Source of the DNA: Hyphomonadaceae bacterium UBA7672
Lineage (GTDB): Bacteria; Pseudomonadota; Alphaproteobacteria; Caulobacterales; Hyphomonadaceae
Assembly: GCA_002483135.1 (NCBI GenBank)
Contig: DLHI01000018.1
Span: 11,189-75,188, forward strand
Length of the DNA: 64,000 nt
Reading direction: 5' to 3'
Positions 8,254 to 18,074 of this stretch are shown here, one piece after another. The position numbers were made by a program, and so were the translations under genes. The notes below the pieces were generated by a model. That model saw only the letters and a list, made by a program, of their open reading frames with translations, did no database searches and had not been told where the DNA came from. Each line of letters begins with the position of its first letter. Positions within the stretch are counted from its first letter, which is position 1.

Positions 8254-8868
8254 TCAGTACAGATTCTCCCGCGCGTCTGTCTCCAGCGACGCATCGATCG
8301 CTTCGACGGGAACATCGAGCTTCAGTTGGTCGCGATAGACTTCGCCCGCTGTCGGGAAGGTTGCGCGATCCACCTGCGCTTCCTGTGTCCACAGGCCGGC
8401 ACGCCGGATCGCCTTGGCGCAGTGGAGGTACGCCTCCTTCACGTCGATCAGCATGACCGAGCGCGGTGGCTTTCCATCCGCAGTGAAACGCTTCATCAGC
8501 GCCGGGTCGGTCGTCACGCGCGCAAAGCCGTTGACGCGCAGCGCGTCCTCGAACCCCGGCACGAAGAACAACAGACCGACACCGGGATTGCGCGTGATGT
8601 TGCCCAGCGAGTCGAGCCGGTTGTTGCCGGGGCGATCCGGCATGGCGAGCGTACGCGCGTCGATCACATGGACAAAGCCCGGCTCGCCGCCGCGCGGGGA
8701 GACGTCGCACATTCCGACCTCGCTCGCCGTACCGATGCACAGGAAGGGCGACAGCGAGATGAAGTGCGCAAAGTGCGTATCGATCTGGGCGATGTCCTTG
8801 CCCACTGCGCCGCCGCCCGGCTGCTTGTAGACGGTGCGCAGGTCGGCTTCCGATTTCAGGTCCTTCAT
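8254..8868 (-). CDS. Pyridoxamine 5'-phosphate oxidase-like (PPOX-type) FMN-binding flavoprotein
   Basis: SPFLCIGTASEVGMCDVSPRGGEPGFVHVID...PDRPGNNRLDSLGNITRNPGVGLLFFVPG...LRVNG is typical of MSMEG_1061-like PPOX family proteins. Confidence 0.65.
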   Translation of the reverse strand: MKDLKSEADLRTVYKQPGGGAVGKDIAQIDTHFAHFISLSPFLCIGTASEVGMCDVSPRGGEPGFVHVIDARTLAMPDRPGNNRLDSLGNITRNPGVGLLFFVPGFEDALRVNGFARVTTDPALMKRFTADGKPPRSVMLIDVKEAYLHCAKAIRRAGLWTQEAQVDRATFPTAGEVYRDQLKLDVPVEAIDASLETDARENLY

Positions 8869-9119
8869 TTGCGCCTCCAGCTTGTTCGGCACTCCGCGAG
8901 AGGAAGACTCTAACGCGCTGCTGCTGACAAGGATATGGCGGCAACCGCTTGTGTCGGTCACCCATCCTGCGCATTATCGGCGAACAGGAGAACTGGCCTT
9001 GATTGTCGTGATGCACAATTGCCTGTCCGGCCGCTGGCGAGGGGCGCGTTAGCGCTCGCCCATAGCGTTGCGGCGTTGCCGCGCGCCTACATTCTCCAAT
9101 CCAAAACTGGACAGACATC

Positions 9120-9608
9120 ATGTCATTCCTGATCCGCGCCTATGCGCCGGCAGACCTGCCCGCGCTGCAGGCCGTGCGCGCTGCTGCGTTCGCGCCTGTC
9201 TTTGCCTCCTTTCGCAACATTGTCGGAACGGAGATCGCCGCTCTCGGCCTCGTCACCGCCGAACAGGAGCAGGCCGATCTGCTCGACTCGATAGCAAAGC
9301 CCGACAGCGGGCATTCCATTGCTGTCGCCGAAAGCGGCGGCGTGATCGTCGGCTTCGTTTCGTGGAAGGTCGGCATCGCGCCCGGTATTGGCGAGATCAC
9401 GCTCAATGGCGTGCACCCCGACCATGGCGGCAAGGGCATCGGCACGGCGCTTTCCGAGCATGCCCTCGCCGCGCTGAGATTGGCCGGGATGAAGCTCGCC
9501 ACGGTCGGCACGGGCGGCGATCCCAGCCATGCTCCTGCACGCCGCGCCTACGAGAAGGCGGGCTTCAGCGTGCACATTCCATCGATCTACATGTATCGGA
9601 GGCTTTGA
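9120..9608 (+). CDS. GNAT family N-acetyltransferase
   Basis: 162 aa. The acetyl-CoA binding motif is LNGVHPDHGGKGIGTALSEHAL, and the C-terminal ...AYEKAGF is typical. Confidence 0.85.
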   Translation: MSFLIRAYAPADLPALQAVRAAAFAPVFASFRNIVGTEIAALGLVTAEQEQADLLDSIAKPDSGHSIAVAESGGVIVGFVSWKVGIAPGIGEITLNGVHPDHGGKGIGTALSEHALAALRLAGMKLATVGTGGDPSHAPARRAYEKAGFSVHIPSIYMYRRL

Positions 9609-9609
9609 C

Positions 9610-10392
9610 ATGGTCTGGGGCAGACAGCGGAAAGACGCCTCGCCGAATGTCACGCCATTCGAGCCAGGCGGCTCGGAAACGCCAGAGCCGCTGCTCTGCC
9701 CCGGCTACCATTGCACGGGCGTCACTTCGATGAAGACATTGCTCGCCATCATGGACGAAAAGGCGCCCGCCCACCCCGGCGCGCGGATGCTAGCCACGCT
9801 CGATAACCTCCCCCAGGCCTGCTACACGTCGGGCCACACCATCGACGTCAACGAACTCGATCCGATTCCGGACGACGATGAATTCATCGGCGAGGACGAT
9901 GAACCTCCGCTGCCGGACTTCGCCACCCGCCGCGACCGCCTCGTGAAAGCCGCTGGCGGCGTCACGCTGGACCAGATCAGCAACCGCCTTTGGTGGACAG
10001 GCGAACATCGCCTATCCTTCTTCGCGCTGCACGACGAGCCCGACGCAATCCTTGATCCAAAGGAAATCTGCATACAGGCCGTGCCTGTCTCGCATGCGTG
10101 GGAAATGTTGGCCGCCTTCCCCAATGGCTATTTCCGTGGCGACTTCAGCCCGATGGAGAACCTCGTCCTAGCGCGGCATCTGGAAGAGGCGTTCGGCTAT
10201 GCGCTGTTCGGCATCGGTGCGAGCTATATCGGCTTCCGCCGTACATCATCCTTCGCCGCCGATAGGCTCACCGATTTGGCAGCCTACGTGATCTCGCTTC
10301 ACGCCGCCTCAAACGAGCCCGACCTGCTCTGGAAGGTTAGCAAGACACTTGAGGCGTCGGATCTGTTGTTCCTCGCCTACATCGACCGCTAG
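9610..10392 (+). CDS. Hypothetical protein, C-terminal DUF4253-like region
   Basis: Coding-like GC3 starts at 9610; ATG 9730 is an alternative start. The C-terminus AAFPNGYFRGDFSPMENLVLARHLEEAFGYALFGIGASYIGF... resembles DUF4253 from memory. Confidence 0.5.
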   Translation: MVWGRQRKDASPNVTPFEPGGSETPEPLLCPGYHCTGVTSMKTLLAIMDEKAPAHPGARMLATLDNLPQACYTSGHTIDVNELDPIPDDDEFIGEDDEPPLPDFATRRDRLVKAAGGVTLDQISNRLWWTGEHRLSFFALHDEPDAILDPKEICIQAVPVSHAWEMLAAFPNGYFRGDFSPMENLVLARHLEEAFGYALFGIGASYIGFRRTSSFAADRLTDLAAYVISLHAASNEPDLLWKVSKTLEASDLLFLAYIDR

Positions 10393-10901
10393 CCCGCCAT
10401 CTGCAACGCCTGCAGGCCGAGCGCGTTCGCGATCACCAGCCAGACGATAGACGGCGCGATCATCCACGCCGCCAGTCCGGACACCGGCCGCACCATCATG
10501 AGCGCCACGACGGCAAGCCCGAGCGAGAAGCCGTTGGCGATGACGCTGCCCAGGGTGCCGACGAACGCCGTCACAACGGGATAGCACAGGCCCCACACGA
10601 TCAGCGCCGCCACCCACCAGGATCGTCCCGCGCGTGGATCGTCCGCAATCGCGGTCTTCCACCGCGCGGCGCCCCACAGCGGATAGATCACGCACCAGAT
10701 CGCCCCGATCAGCCATCCCTGCGGGTTCCACGCCACGGCGGCATAATCGGCGTTTTCCGCGTCCCCCAGTGTGAACAGCAGACCATTGCCGATCAGCACC
10801 GCCGCCAGCGGCAGAACGATGCTGAGCACGAGGCCAAGCCCGGTTGGTCGATCCCAGGCGGCGCCGGAGCGGGCCGGATGTACGTTGACGGGGCTGGTCA
10901 T
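10389..10901 (-). CDS. TspO/MBR-like tryptophan-rich membrane protein
   Basis: 170 aa with about 5 TM segments and Trp-rich loops (WNPQGWLIGAIWCVIYPLWGAARWK). The track ORF extends spuriously to 11315. Confidence 0.55.
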   Translation of the reverse strand: MTSPVNVHPARSGAAWDRPTGLGLVLSIVLPLAAVLIGNGLLFTLGDAENADYAAVAWNPQGWLIGAIWCVIYPLWGAARWKTAIADDPRAGRSWWVAALIVWGLCYPVVTAFVGTLGSVIANGFSLGLAVVALMMVRPVSGLAAWMIAPSIVWLVIANALGLQALQMAG

Positions 10902-11009
10902 GCGCGATCTCCACAGTCCGTGGCATAATGTACGCGCCGGAGAGTCGTTCCGGATTGGCGGCGCCCGCCGAACTTGACCCGCCTCGCTCAGCATCAGATT
11001 GTGCCGCCC

Positions 11010-11282
11010 ATGCGTACAGTCCTCGTTCTTGCCGTTTCCCTCGTCGCCCTGGCCGGTTGCGGCCTGCGCGGTGATCTTGTGCGGCCAATGCCGCTGTGGG
11101 GCGACCCACCGCTGGATGGCCTGGATGATCCGCGTGTGATCAAGGCCGCCGAGGAAGCCGCCGCAGCCGAGGAAGAGCGCCTCGCCGCCGAGCGCCGCGC
11201 GGCTGACGAAGCCCGCCGGCAGGCTCTGGAGAATGGAGCGCCGCCGGCTGCCGAGACGCCTGTCGTGCCGACGCCCCAGTAG
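11010..11282 (+). CDS. Small lipoprotein, LptM (YifL/LppL)-like, upstream of lysA
   Basis: Lipobox in MRTVLVLAVSLVALAGCGLRGDLVRP. It sits immediately upstream of lysA, as for lppL/yifL in other proteobacteria. Confidence 0.6.
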   Translation: MRTVLVLAVSLVALAGCGLRGDLVRPMPLWGDPPLDGLDDPRVIKAAEEAAAAEEERLAAERRAADEARRQALENGAPPAAETPVVPTPQ

Positions 11283-11367
11283 ACTCGCCATGACTTCGTA
11301 GTTCCGGGGTGACACGTCACCCGCCTTCCGCTACCTCGCCTGACCGGGGAATGGCTGGAACGCGACG

Positions 11368-12636
11368 ATGAATCACTTTGGCTATCGCAATGGCGTCCTG
11401 CACTGCGAGGATGTCTCGCTGGAGGCTATCGCGCGCGAACTTGGCACGCCGGCCTATGTCTATTCTGACGCCACCCTGCGCCGTCACTACCAGGTACTGG
11501 CGGACGCATTCGCGGACAAGAAATTGCTGATCGCCTACGCGGTCAAATCCAACTCGAACCTTGGCGTGATCGCCACTCTCGCCTCGCTGGGCGCGGGCGC
11601 GGATGTCGTCTCGGGTGGCGAGCTGATGAAGGCGATGGAAGCTGGCGTTCCAGCCGACCGCATTGTGTTCTCCGGCGTCGCCAAGACACGCGAGGAAATG
11701 CGCCTCGGCCTCGAGCGCGGTATCTTCCAGTTCAACGTCGAGAGCATGCCCGAGCTGCATCGCCTGTCAGCCGTGGCGCAGGAGATGGGCAAGCGCGCGC
11801 CGATCGCCTTCAGGGTCAATCCGCACGTCGAGGCCGGCGGCCACGCCCACATCTCCACCGGCACGCCTGAAACCAAATTCGGGATCGCCTGGCACGAGGC
11901 CGAGCAGTTCTACGAGGAGGCTAGCCGCCTCCCCAACATCGAGCCGGTGGGCATCGCGGTTCACATCGGCAGCCAGATCATGCGGGTCGATCCCATGCGG
12001 GCGGCATGGGAAAAGGTGGTGACGCTGGCTCGCCGGCTGCGGGAACGCGGCTTTGCGATCTCGCGCGTGGATTTCGGCGGCGGCCTCGGCGTGCCCTACC
12101 AGGACAGCGAAGACCCCGACAGCCCGACCATCTATGCCCGCCAGGCGCGGGAGATTCTGGGGAACCTGGACGTCCAGCTCATCCTGGAGCCGGGGCGGCT
12201 GATTTCGGGAAATGCCGGAGTTTTGATCTCCCGGGTCGAGTACGTCAAAGAGCGCGACGGGCGCACCTTCGTGATCCTCGACGCAGGGATGAACGACCTG
12301 ATGCGTCCCGCGCTGTACGGCGCGCACCACGAGGTGCTCCCCGTCCGGACGCCCGCGATGGGCGCTCCGCGCCGCGCGGTGGACCTTGTAGGACCCATTT
12401 GCGAGAGCACCGACCGCTTCGCCAAGGACCGGCCCATGCCGCCCCTGAAAGAGGGCGACCTGGTCGCCTTCATGACCGCAGGCGCATACGGCGCCACATT
12501 GTCGTCCCAGTATAATTCGAGACCACTTGTTGCAGAAGCACTCGTTCGGGGCGATGCTTGCGTGGTCGTCCGCCGCAGGCCGACCTTCGACGAGATGATC
12601 GCGCTGGAAAGGGCTCCTGACTGGATCGCCCGATAG
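11368..12636 (+). CDS. lysA: Diaminopimelate decarboxylase
   Basis: 422 aa. AYAVKSNSNLGV (PLP lysine), HIGSQI, DFGGGLGVPY and GPICESTD are motifs of group IV decarboxylases. Confidence 0.95.
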   Translation: MNHFGYRNGVLHCEDVSLEAIARELGTPAYVYSDATLRRHYQVLADAFADKKLLIAYAVKSNSNLGVIATLASLGAGADVVSGGELMKAMEAGVPADRIVFSGVAKTREEMRLGLERGIFQFNVESMPELHRLSAVAQEMGKRAPIAFRVNPHVEAGGHAHISTGTPETKFGIAWHEAEQFYEEASRLPNIEPVGIAVHIGSQIMRVDPMRAAWEKVVTLARRLRERGFAISRVDFGGGLGVPYQDSEDPDSPTIYARQAREILGNLDVQLILEPGRLISGNAGVLISRVEYVKERDGRTFVILDAGMNDLMRPALYGAHHEVLPVRTPAMGAPRRAVDLVGPICESTDRFAKDRPMPPLKEGDLVAFMTAGAYGATLSSQYNSRPLVAEALVRGDACVVVRRRPTFDEMIALERAPDWIAR

Positions 12637-12645
12637 GGATGCAGG

Positions 12646-15393
12646 TTGGCTGACGGATTTGGCCTCAGGAACAAGCTGGACGCCCGGATAGCCGCCGCGC
12701 GGCGGAGCCTTTTCTGGCCCGCCCTTGTCCAGGCCGCACTGCCGGCCATCATCTGGTTTACCATCTTTGCGGTGTTCTGGCTGACCGGCCTTTACACCGC
12801 CATGCCGCCTGAATGGCAGGCGACCACGGGCGTCGTCTTCTGGGTTGGCTTTATCACCGTCGTGCTGATCGGCCTCAAGGTCTGGCGCCGTCCGACAGAG
12901 GACGAGGCGCGCGACCTGATCGACAACGCCATCGAAGGCCGTCCGCTCAGCGTGTGGAACGATCGCCCGGCCAAGGCCGACAAGCTGGGCATGACGCTGT
13001 GGCGCGAGCATCGCGACCGCATGGCCGCCCTCGCCGCCAAGGCCGGAAAGCTCGATGTGCGCTCCCACTGGCGCCAGGCTGATCCCTTCTACCTGCGTTT
13101 TGCCGCGCCGGTCGTTCTCGTTGTCGCCGGCGCCGTCGCCGGCACGGCTGTGCTCGACCGGACGGGCAAAGGTCTGTTCCCAGACTTCGGCGCGCTGTTC
13201 GGCGCGCACACGCTGAAGACCGAAGCGTGGGTGACCCCGCCCGCCTACACCGGCTCCGCACCCTTTGTGCTGACGCCTGGCCAAATGGCGAAGGCGCCCG
13301 AGGGCTCGGAAGTCACTATTCGCATCGTCGGACCCGGCCGTCCGCAGGTGGGCGTGATGCCCGATGGCGGTGCGCACGCGACGCTGAACCCCGAGCCGGG
13401 CATCGACGGCGCCTATGAAGCGCGCGTTGTCATCAAGCAGGGCACGCGCATCGCCGTGAACTTCTGGGGCGAGCGGGCCAGCTTCCCGTTCACCATCATC
13501 GATGATGCAACGCCGACCGTGGCCTTCGTCGAGCCGCCCAAGCTGGGCGATGGCGACCGCACCGAGTTCAAATACACGCTGGGCGATGACTATGGCGTCG
13601 AGAAGCTGGAACTGATCGCCGTCCGCACCGACACACCAAAATCCGCAGGCGTCGTCGAGGACGCCACCATCATCGAGACCGTGACGCTGGCCCCCACCGA
13701 AGAGGAAGGCGAATTCAGCCAGGACCTCGTGCGCCATCGCTGGGCCGGGCTCGACATGATGGTGAAGCTGCGCGTCACTGACGCCGCCGGACAGACGGCG
13801 GAGAGCGAGGCTGTCGCCTACAGCCTGCCGAAGAAGATCTTCCTGCAGCCCATAGCCCGCATGGCGCAGGAATCCCGCGAACTCCTGCTGCGCAACTGGG
13901 AAGAGTATTCAACGCCGGAGGGCGCGGACAATTTCACGTCGGTGGCCGGCGCCGGTTACGACGCGTTCGCTGTCGCCCCCGCCTCCCGCCTCACCTGGGC
14001 GCCGGAAGGCATCAAGCGCTCGGTCATGGTGCTGGACGCAATGACATGGCGCCCGGACGATTATTTCGAGGATCCGGTGATCTATATGGGCCTGCGCAAT
14101 GCGCGCGGCCTGATAGACGCCGCGCACGACCGCGCCGAGGCCGAGGAAGCCGAAGATCTGCTGTGGAACATAGCGCTGCAGGCGGAATACGGCTCCGTCG
14201 CAGATGCCGCCGCCGCGCTTGAAGCGGCTCGCCGGGCGCTGGAAGAGGCGCTGCGCCGTGGCGCGTCGGAGGAAGAAATCCGGCGGCTGATGGACATGTA
14301 CGAACAGGCCATCGAGGACTATCTCGCCGCCCAGATCGCGGAGGCGATGCGCGAAGGCCGCGTCAACGAAGGCGGTCAGCAGCAGGGCGGCATGTCCGGC
14401 GGGCCGCAGCAACTCGGCGACGACGAACTCACGCGCATGCTGCAGGCCCTTCGCGATCTTGCCGAGACCGGCGCGCGCGACCAGGCACGCCAGCTTCTGA
14501 ACGACATGCAGAACATGCTCGACCAGATGCAGAACATGCAGATCCAGATGGGTCAGGGCGGCAGCGGCCAGCCGCAGGACGGCCCGATGAGCCGCGCCAT
14601 GAACCGTGCGCTGCAGGACACCAACCGCGCGCTCAACGACCAGCGTGATCTCAACGACGCCACCGAGGAAGCGATGCGCGAGGGCGACGCCCAGCGGGGT
14701 CAGGAACTCGCCGACCAACAGCGCCAACAGCGTGAACGTCTGGAACAGCAGCAACGCTCCGGCGGCGGCCAGCCGCAGCGGCCCGGCCAGCAACAGGGCC
14801 AGCAAGGCCAGCAGGGTCAGGGACAGCAGGGACAGGGGCAGCAGCCCGGACAGGGCCAACAGGGGCAAGGCCCCGGCGAAGGTCAGCAAGGCCAGGGTCA
14901 GGGCAACCAGCCCGGCCAGCAGCAGGGCCAGGGCCAAGGCCAGCGCGACGGCAATGGCCCCGGCGGCCAGCCCGGTCGCCCCGGCGTTCGTGGCGATGGC
15001 ATCTATGGCCAGGAGAACGATCGGTCACGCCGCCTGCTCGGCAACGCTATCGAGATGCAGCGTCGCGCAGAAGAAGCGCTGCGCCGTGGCGACTTCCAGG
15101 CCGCGCGCGAGGCGCAGCAGCAGGCAATGGCTGCCCTGCAGGATCGCTCGTCAGAACTTGCGCGCATCAATGACGAAAACGATCCGGATGCGCAGGCCGA
15201 ACGCGACGAGCGCGACATTCTCGGCCGCCTCAGCGATGGGACCAGCGGCCAGGGCGAGGACGTGGAGATTCCCGACGAGATAGAACGCCAGCGCGCCCGC
15301 GAAATCCTCGACGAAATCCGCCGCCGCGCCGGCGACCGCGCGCTTACGAAGGAAGACCTCGAGTATCTCGAGCGTCTGCTCGAGCGGTTCTAG
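12646..15393 (+). CDS. Large membrane-anchored protein, TIGR02302/DUF4175-like, with a Q/G-rich low-complexity region
   Basis: TTG start. It has two N-terminal TM segments, a long helical acidic C-terminal half, and a conserved position after lysA in alphaproteobacteria (from memory). Confidence 0.7.
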   Translation: MADGFGLRNKLDARIAAARRSLFWPALVQAALPAIIWFTIFAVFWLTGLYTAMPPEWQATTGVVFWVGFITVVLIGLKVWRRPTEDEARDLIDNAIEGRPLSVWNDRPAKADKLGMTLWREHRDRMAALAAKAGKLDVRSHWRQADPFYLRFAAPVVLVVAGAVAGTAVLDRTGKGLFPDFGALFGAHTLKTEAWVTPPAYTGSAPFVLTPGQMAKAPEGSEVTIRIVGPGRPQVGVMPDGGAHATLNPEPGIDGAYEARVVIKQGTRIAVNFWGERASFPFTIIDDATPTVAFVEPPKLGDGDRTEFKYTLGDDYGVEKLELIAVRTDTPKSAGVVEDATIIETVTLAPTEEEGEFSQDLVRHRWAGLDMMVKLRVTDAAGQTAESEAVAYSLPKKIFLQPIARMAQESRELLLRNWEEYSTPEGADNFTSVAGAGYDAFAVAPASRLTWAPEGIKRSVMVLDAMTWRPDDYFEDPVIYMGLRNARGLIDAAHDRAEAEEAEDLLWNIALQAEYGSVADAAAALEAARRALEEALRRGASEEEIRRLMDMYEQAIEDYLAAQIAEAMREGRVNEGGQQQGGMSGGPQQLGDDELTRMLQALRDLAETGARDQARQLLNDMQNMLDQMQNMQIQMGQGGSGQPQDGPMSRAMNRALQDTNRALNDQRDLNDATEEAMREGDAQRGQELADQQRQQRERLEQQQRSGGGQPQRPGQQQGQQGQQGQGQQGQGQQPGQGQQGQGPGEGQQGQGQGNQPGQQQGQGQGQRDGNGPGGQPGRPGVRGDGIYGQENDRSRRLLGNAIEMQRRAEEALRRGDFQAAREAQQQAMAALQDRSSELARINDENDPDAQAERDERDILGRLSDGTSGQGEDVEIPDEIERQRAREILDEIRRRAGDRALTKEDLEYLERLLERF
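14770..14945 (+). repeat. Imperfect tandem CAG/GGC-type repeats encoding a (Q/G)n tract
   Basis: The tract is GQQQGQQGQQGQGQQGQGQQPGQGQQGQGPGEGQQGQGQGNQPGQQQGQGQGQ. At DNA level it consists of repeated cagggc/cagcag/caaggc units. Confidence 0.8.
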
Positions 15394-15423
15394 GCGCTGC
15401 GGGCGGCTGTGAGCCACTGCCAG

Positions 15424-15741
15424 TCAAGAGACGAGCCAGTAAGCATCGCTGATCGCGCCAGTGACCTTGTCGATACAAGTCACAAAGCTACTGCCGTTGA
15501 TGCCCTCTCCCTGGCTCAATGACACCCGCCATTTCTCACCGTCATCTCCCGGCTCGGAGCGGCACATGTGGTGATCCCCGTCCTTCACCTCGACGCGACA
15601 ATTGTCGTCCAGTACGCAAGGCGCCCTTTCCTTGGTCCAGTACTCCGTTGCCAGCTTCAACGCCTTAGCTTCAGCGGCGGGCAACCGCTTTGCGGCGTCA
15701 GACAGCCGCTCTTCACATCCGCAAAGGATGAAGCAAGACAT
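15424..15741 (-). CDS. Small Cys-containing lipoprotein, unknown function
   Basis: MSCFILCGCEE has a lipobox. The ORF is visibly more AT-rich than its neighbours. Confidence 0.5.
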   Translation of the reverse strand: MSCFILCGCEERLSDAAKRLPAAEAKALKLATEYWTKERAPCVLDDNCRVEVKDGDHHMCRSEPGDDGEKWRVSLSQGEGINGSSFVTCIDKVTGAISDAYWLVS

Positions 15742-15845
15742 GGAAACTAGGCTGAAGCTTCCGAGCCGCCACATCACCAACCCCGTCGCAAGCGGATTTG
15801 ATTGCCGTCTCCGCTACCTGCCAGCGCAAGCCTGGCGAAGCGAAC

Positions 15846-16379
15846 CTACGCTCCCTTGATCGCGCCCACGAACGGCAGCCCGCGCATCGCGCCGGCGTCG
15901 TCCATGCCGTAGCCGACGAGGTATCGCGGCGGGGCTTCCCAGGCCCATGCATCGAGGCCCTCGATGGCCGCGTCAGGCTTGCGCGCGAACACGCAGGTGA
16001 GCACTTCCCTTGCGCCCTTCTGGATGAAGTGCGTGCGAGCAAAGGCGATGGTTTTTCCGCTGTCGAACACATCATCGATCAGCAGGATGCTGCGGCCTTC
16101 AACCGGCCGCGCCACATCGGCATGCACCTGCATGCGGCCCGAGCTTTCGCGTGCATCAGCATAGCTCTGCAGCCAGATCGCATCAAACCCGATATCGATG
16201 CCATGGCGCGACAACGCCCGCATGAGGTCTGCCGCGAAGGGCGTTGCGCCAAGCAGCACGACGACGCCGGTCCATTCGCCCTGCGACAGGCGCGGAACGA
16301 GCCCCGCGGCCAGACTGTCGATGCGCGCATGCACCTCGTCCTCGGTCAGGAGGACGTCGACATTGGCGGGAACGAACAC
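15846..16379 (-). CDS. hpt: Hypoxanthine(-guanine) phosphoribosyltransferase
   Basis: PRPP-binding motif ILLIDDVFDSGKT, plus VVLLGATPFAADLMRAL and YLVGYGMD. The GTG start at 16379 lies directly after the upstream stop. Confidence 0.9.
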   Translation of the reverse strand: MFVPANVDVLLTEDEVHARIDSLAAGLVPRLSQGEWTGVVVLLGATPFAADLMRALSRHGIDIGFDAIWLQSYADARESSGRMQVHADVARPVEGRSILLIDDVFDSGKTIAFARTHFIQKGAREVLTCVFARKPDAAIEGLDAWAWEAPPRYLVGYGMDDAGAMRGLPFVGAIKGA

Positions 16380-16380
16380 T

Positions 16381-17253
16381 CTAGTGATGGGCGGCCTCCT
16401 CGGCCGGGGCCGCTTCCTCGGTATGATCGGCGCCCGCGTCTTCCGGAGCGTGCTCCTCCTCACCCGATACCGCCTCTACAGCGTGATCGCCTTCCGCCGG
16501 GGCAGCATCCGTCGGCTCCACTTGCGTGTCGCCGCCAGTCTCACCGCCATCCTTCTCGGCAAACGCCACTGTCAGGCGATAGGTCTCGACGGGCGGCGCC
16601 TCGAAACGCGTGGTGAACTCGGTGCGCTCGCCAGGGGCCAACTGCGCCACGGCGAAATCATCCGTCCAGGATTGCACTTCCTTGCCGGATTCGTCCTTCA
16701 ACGTTACGCGCAGCTGCGGCGTCGGCTGGGTTTCTTCCGAGTTGTTGACGGCGGCGCCCGTGACAGTCAGCACCGGCGTCGTTCCGTCGAACGAGCGCTT
16801 GGCGTCGACATTCTCGAGCACCAGACCGAACCGGTTTACTTCGAAGCCGACGAGCTTGTAGAGCGAGGCCACTTTCGGGAAGGCGTTGGCGACTTCATTA
16901 CGAAACAGCACGGCGGCGATCAGCGCCCCCGCGAACACGATGGCGGTGGACACCCAGGCGATCGTCACCGCGCGGCCGCGCTCACGCTTCTTCTTGGCCT
17001 GCTGCTGGGCGCGGAATTCGGCATGCGGGCCGGCGCGCACCTTGGAGTTCGCCTGGGCGGTCTGGCGCAGGCGTTCGACCTGTTCGCGCGTGAGGCCAGT
17101 TTCCTCCGCCGGGGCGGGGGCGCCGTCCTCTTCCTGCATCTTGGCGGTCCACGCATGACCGCAGGTGGCGCAGCGCACGCGCCGGCCTTCCTTGCCGATT
17201 TTGGAGTCGTCGGCAAAGTACCGCGTATCGCAGGATGGGCAGACGAGGATCAT
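16381..17253 (-). CDS. zitP: MJ0042-type zinc-finger / DUF3426 membrane protein, ZitP-like
   Basis: MILVCPSCDTRYFADDSKIGKEGRRVRCATCGHAWTA (CxxC...CxxC), then a basic linker, one TM segment and a DUF3426-like beta domain, with an acidic tail. It matches my memory of Caulobacter ZitP architecture. Confidence 0.65.
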   Translation of the reverse strand: MILVCPSCDTRYFADDSKIGKEGRRVRCATCGHAWTAKMQEEDGAPAPAEETGLTREQVERLRQTAQANSKVRAGPHAEFRAQQQAKKKRERGRAVTIAWVSTAIVFAGALIAAVLFRNEVANAFPKVASLYKLVGFEVNRFGLVLENVDAKRSFDGTTPVLTVTGAAVNNSEETQPTPQLRVTLKDESGKEVQSWTDDFAVAQLAPGERTEFTTRFEAPPVETYRLTVAFAEKDGGETGGDTQVEPTDAAPAEGDHAVEAVSGEEEHAPEDAGADHTEEAAPAEEAAHH

Positions 17254-17345
17254 CGCTCTATCGGAATCACACGAACGGTTAATATAGTCCAATCAGGGCT
17301 GGATTCAGACCCAAACCGTTCCCGTGGCCAGACCAGCGGAATCCC

Positions 17346-18074
17346 ATGCGAGAGCAAGGACTTGCAGCAGATGACCCGGTCCTGCGCCTGGACCGCGTGG
17401 GCCTGTCATACGGCCCGGAATCCGATGTTTTGGCCGATGTTTCGCTGTCCCTGCCCCCCGGATCGCTGACTTTCCTGACCGGGCCGTCCGGGGCTGGCAA
17501 GTCGACCCTGCTCAAGTTGGCCTATCTGGGCCTGCGACCTACGGCGGGGCGGATCTCGCTTTTCGGGGTCGATACCACGCGACTTAGCCGCCGGGAGCTT
17601 GCCCCCCTGCGCCGCCGGGTGGGGGTGGTGTTCCAGGAATTCCGCCTACTGGACCACCTTTCGGCCTACGAGAACGTGGCCCTGCCCCTGCGCGTCGCCG
17701 GGGCGCAGGAACGCGCCTATCGCGAAGACGTGGTCGAGCTGCTGACCTGGGTCGGCCTCGGCGACCGGCTGGAGGCCCGCCCGGCCACACTGTCCGGCGG
17801 GGAGAAGCAGCGGGTCGCCATCGCGCGCGCCGTCGTGGTCAAGCCCAGCCTGATCCTTGCCGACGAACCAACCGGCAATGTGGACGAGGAAATGGGCGAC
17901 CGCCTCTTCCGCCTGTTCCGCGAACTCAACAAGCGACTTGGCACCACAATCCTGATTGCGACGCACGATATGGCGCTTGTCCGCAAGGCGAAGTCCGACG
18001 TCCTGCGCCTAGCCGATGGCATGGTGATGCGCGTGCCGCATACGGCGCTGGCCCTGAAGGAAGAGCCGACATGA
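17346..18074 (+). CDS. ftsE: Cell division ATP-binding protein FtsE
   Basis: Walker A GPSGAGKST, ABC signature LSGGEKQRVAIARA, Walker B ILADEPTGNVD. It is followed by ftsX with an ATGA overlap. Confidence 0.9.
   Translation: MREQGLAADDPVLRLDRVGLSYGPESDVLADVSLSLPPGSLTFLTGPSGAGKSTLLKLAYLGLRPTAGRISLFGVDTTRLSRRELAPLRRRVGVVFQEFRLLDHLSAYENVALPLRVAGAQERAYREDVVELLTWVGLGDRLEARPATLSGGEKQRVAIARAVVVKPSLILADEPTGNVDEEMGDRLFRLFRELNKRLGTTILIATHDMALVRKAKSDVLRLADGMVMRVPHTALALKEEPT

Noticed and set aside
11767-13737. 656-aa minus-strand ORF, and similar long ORFs at 23247-24515, 45306-46835, 48034-49329, 57435-58916, 60511-61950 and 62754-63752.
   Set aside because: All lie antisense to genes with strong homology signatures (lysA, metX, flgK, fliK, flhA, flhG and others). 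Their translations are Arg/Gly/Ala/His-rich with no recognisable motifs. This is the typical stop-codon-poor antisense frame of high-GC DNA.
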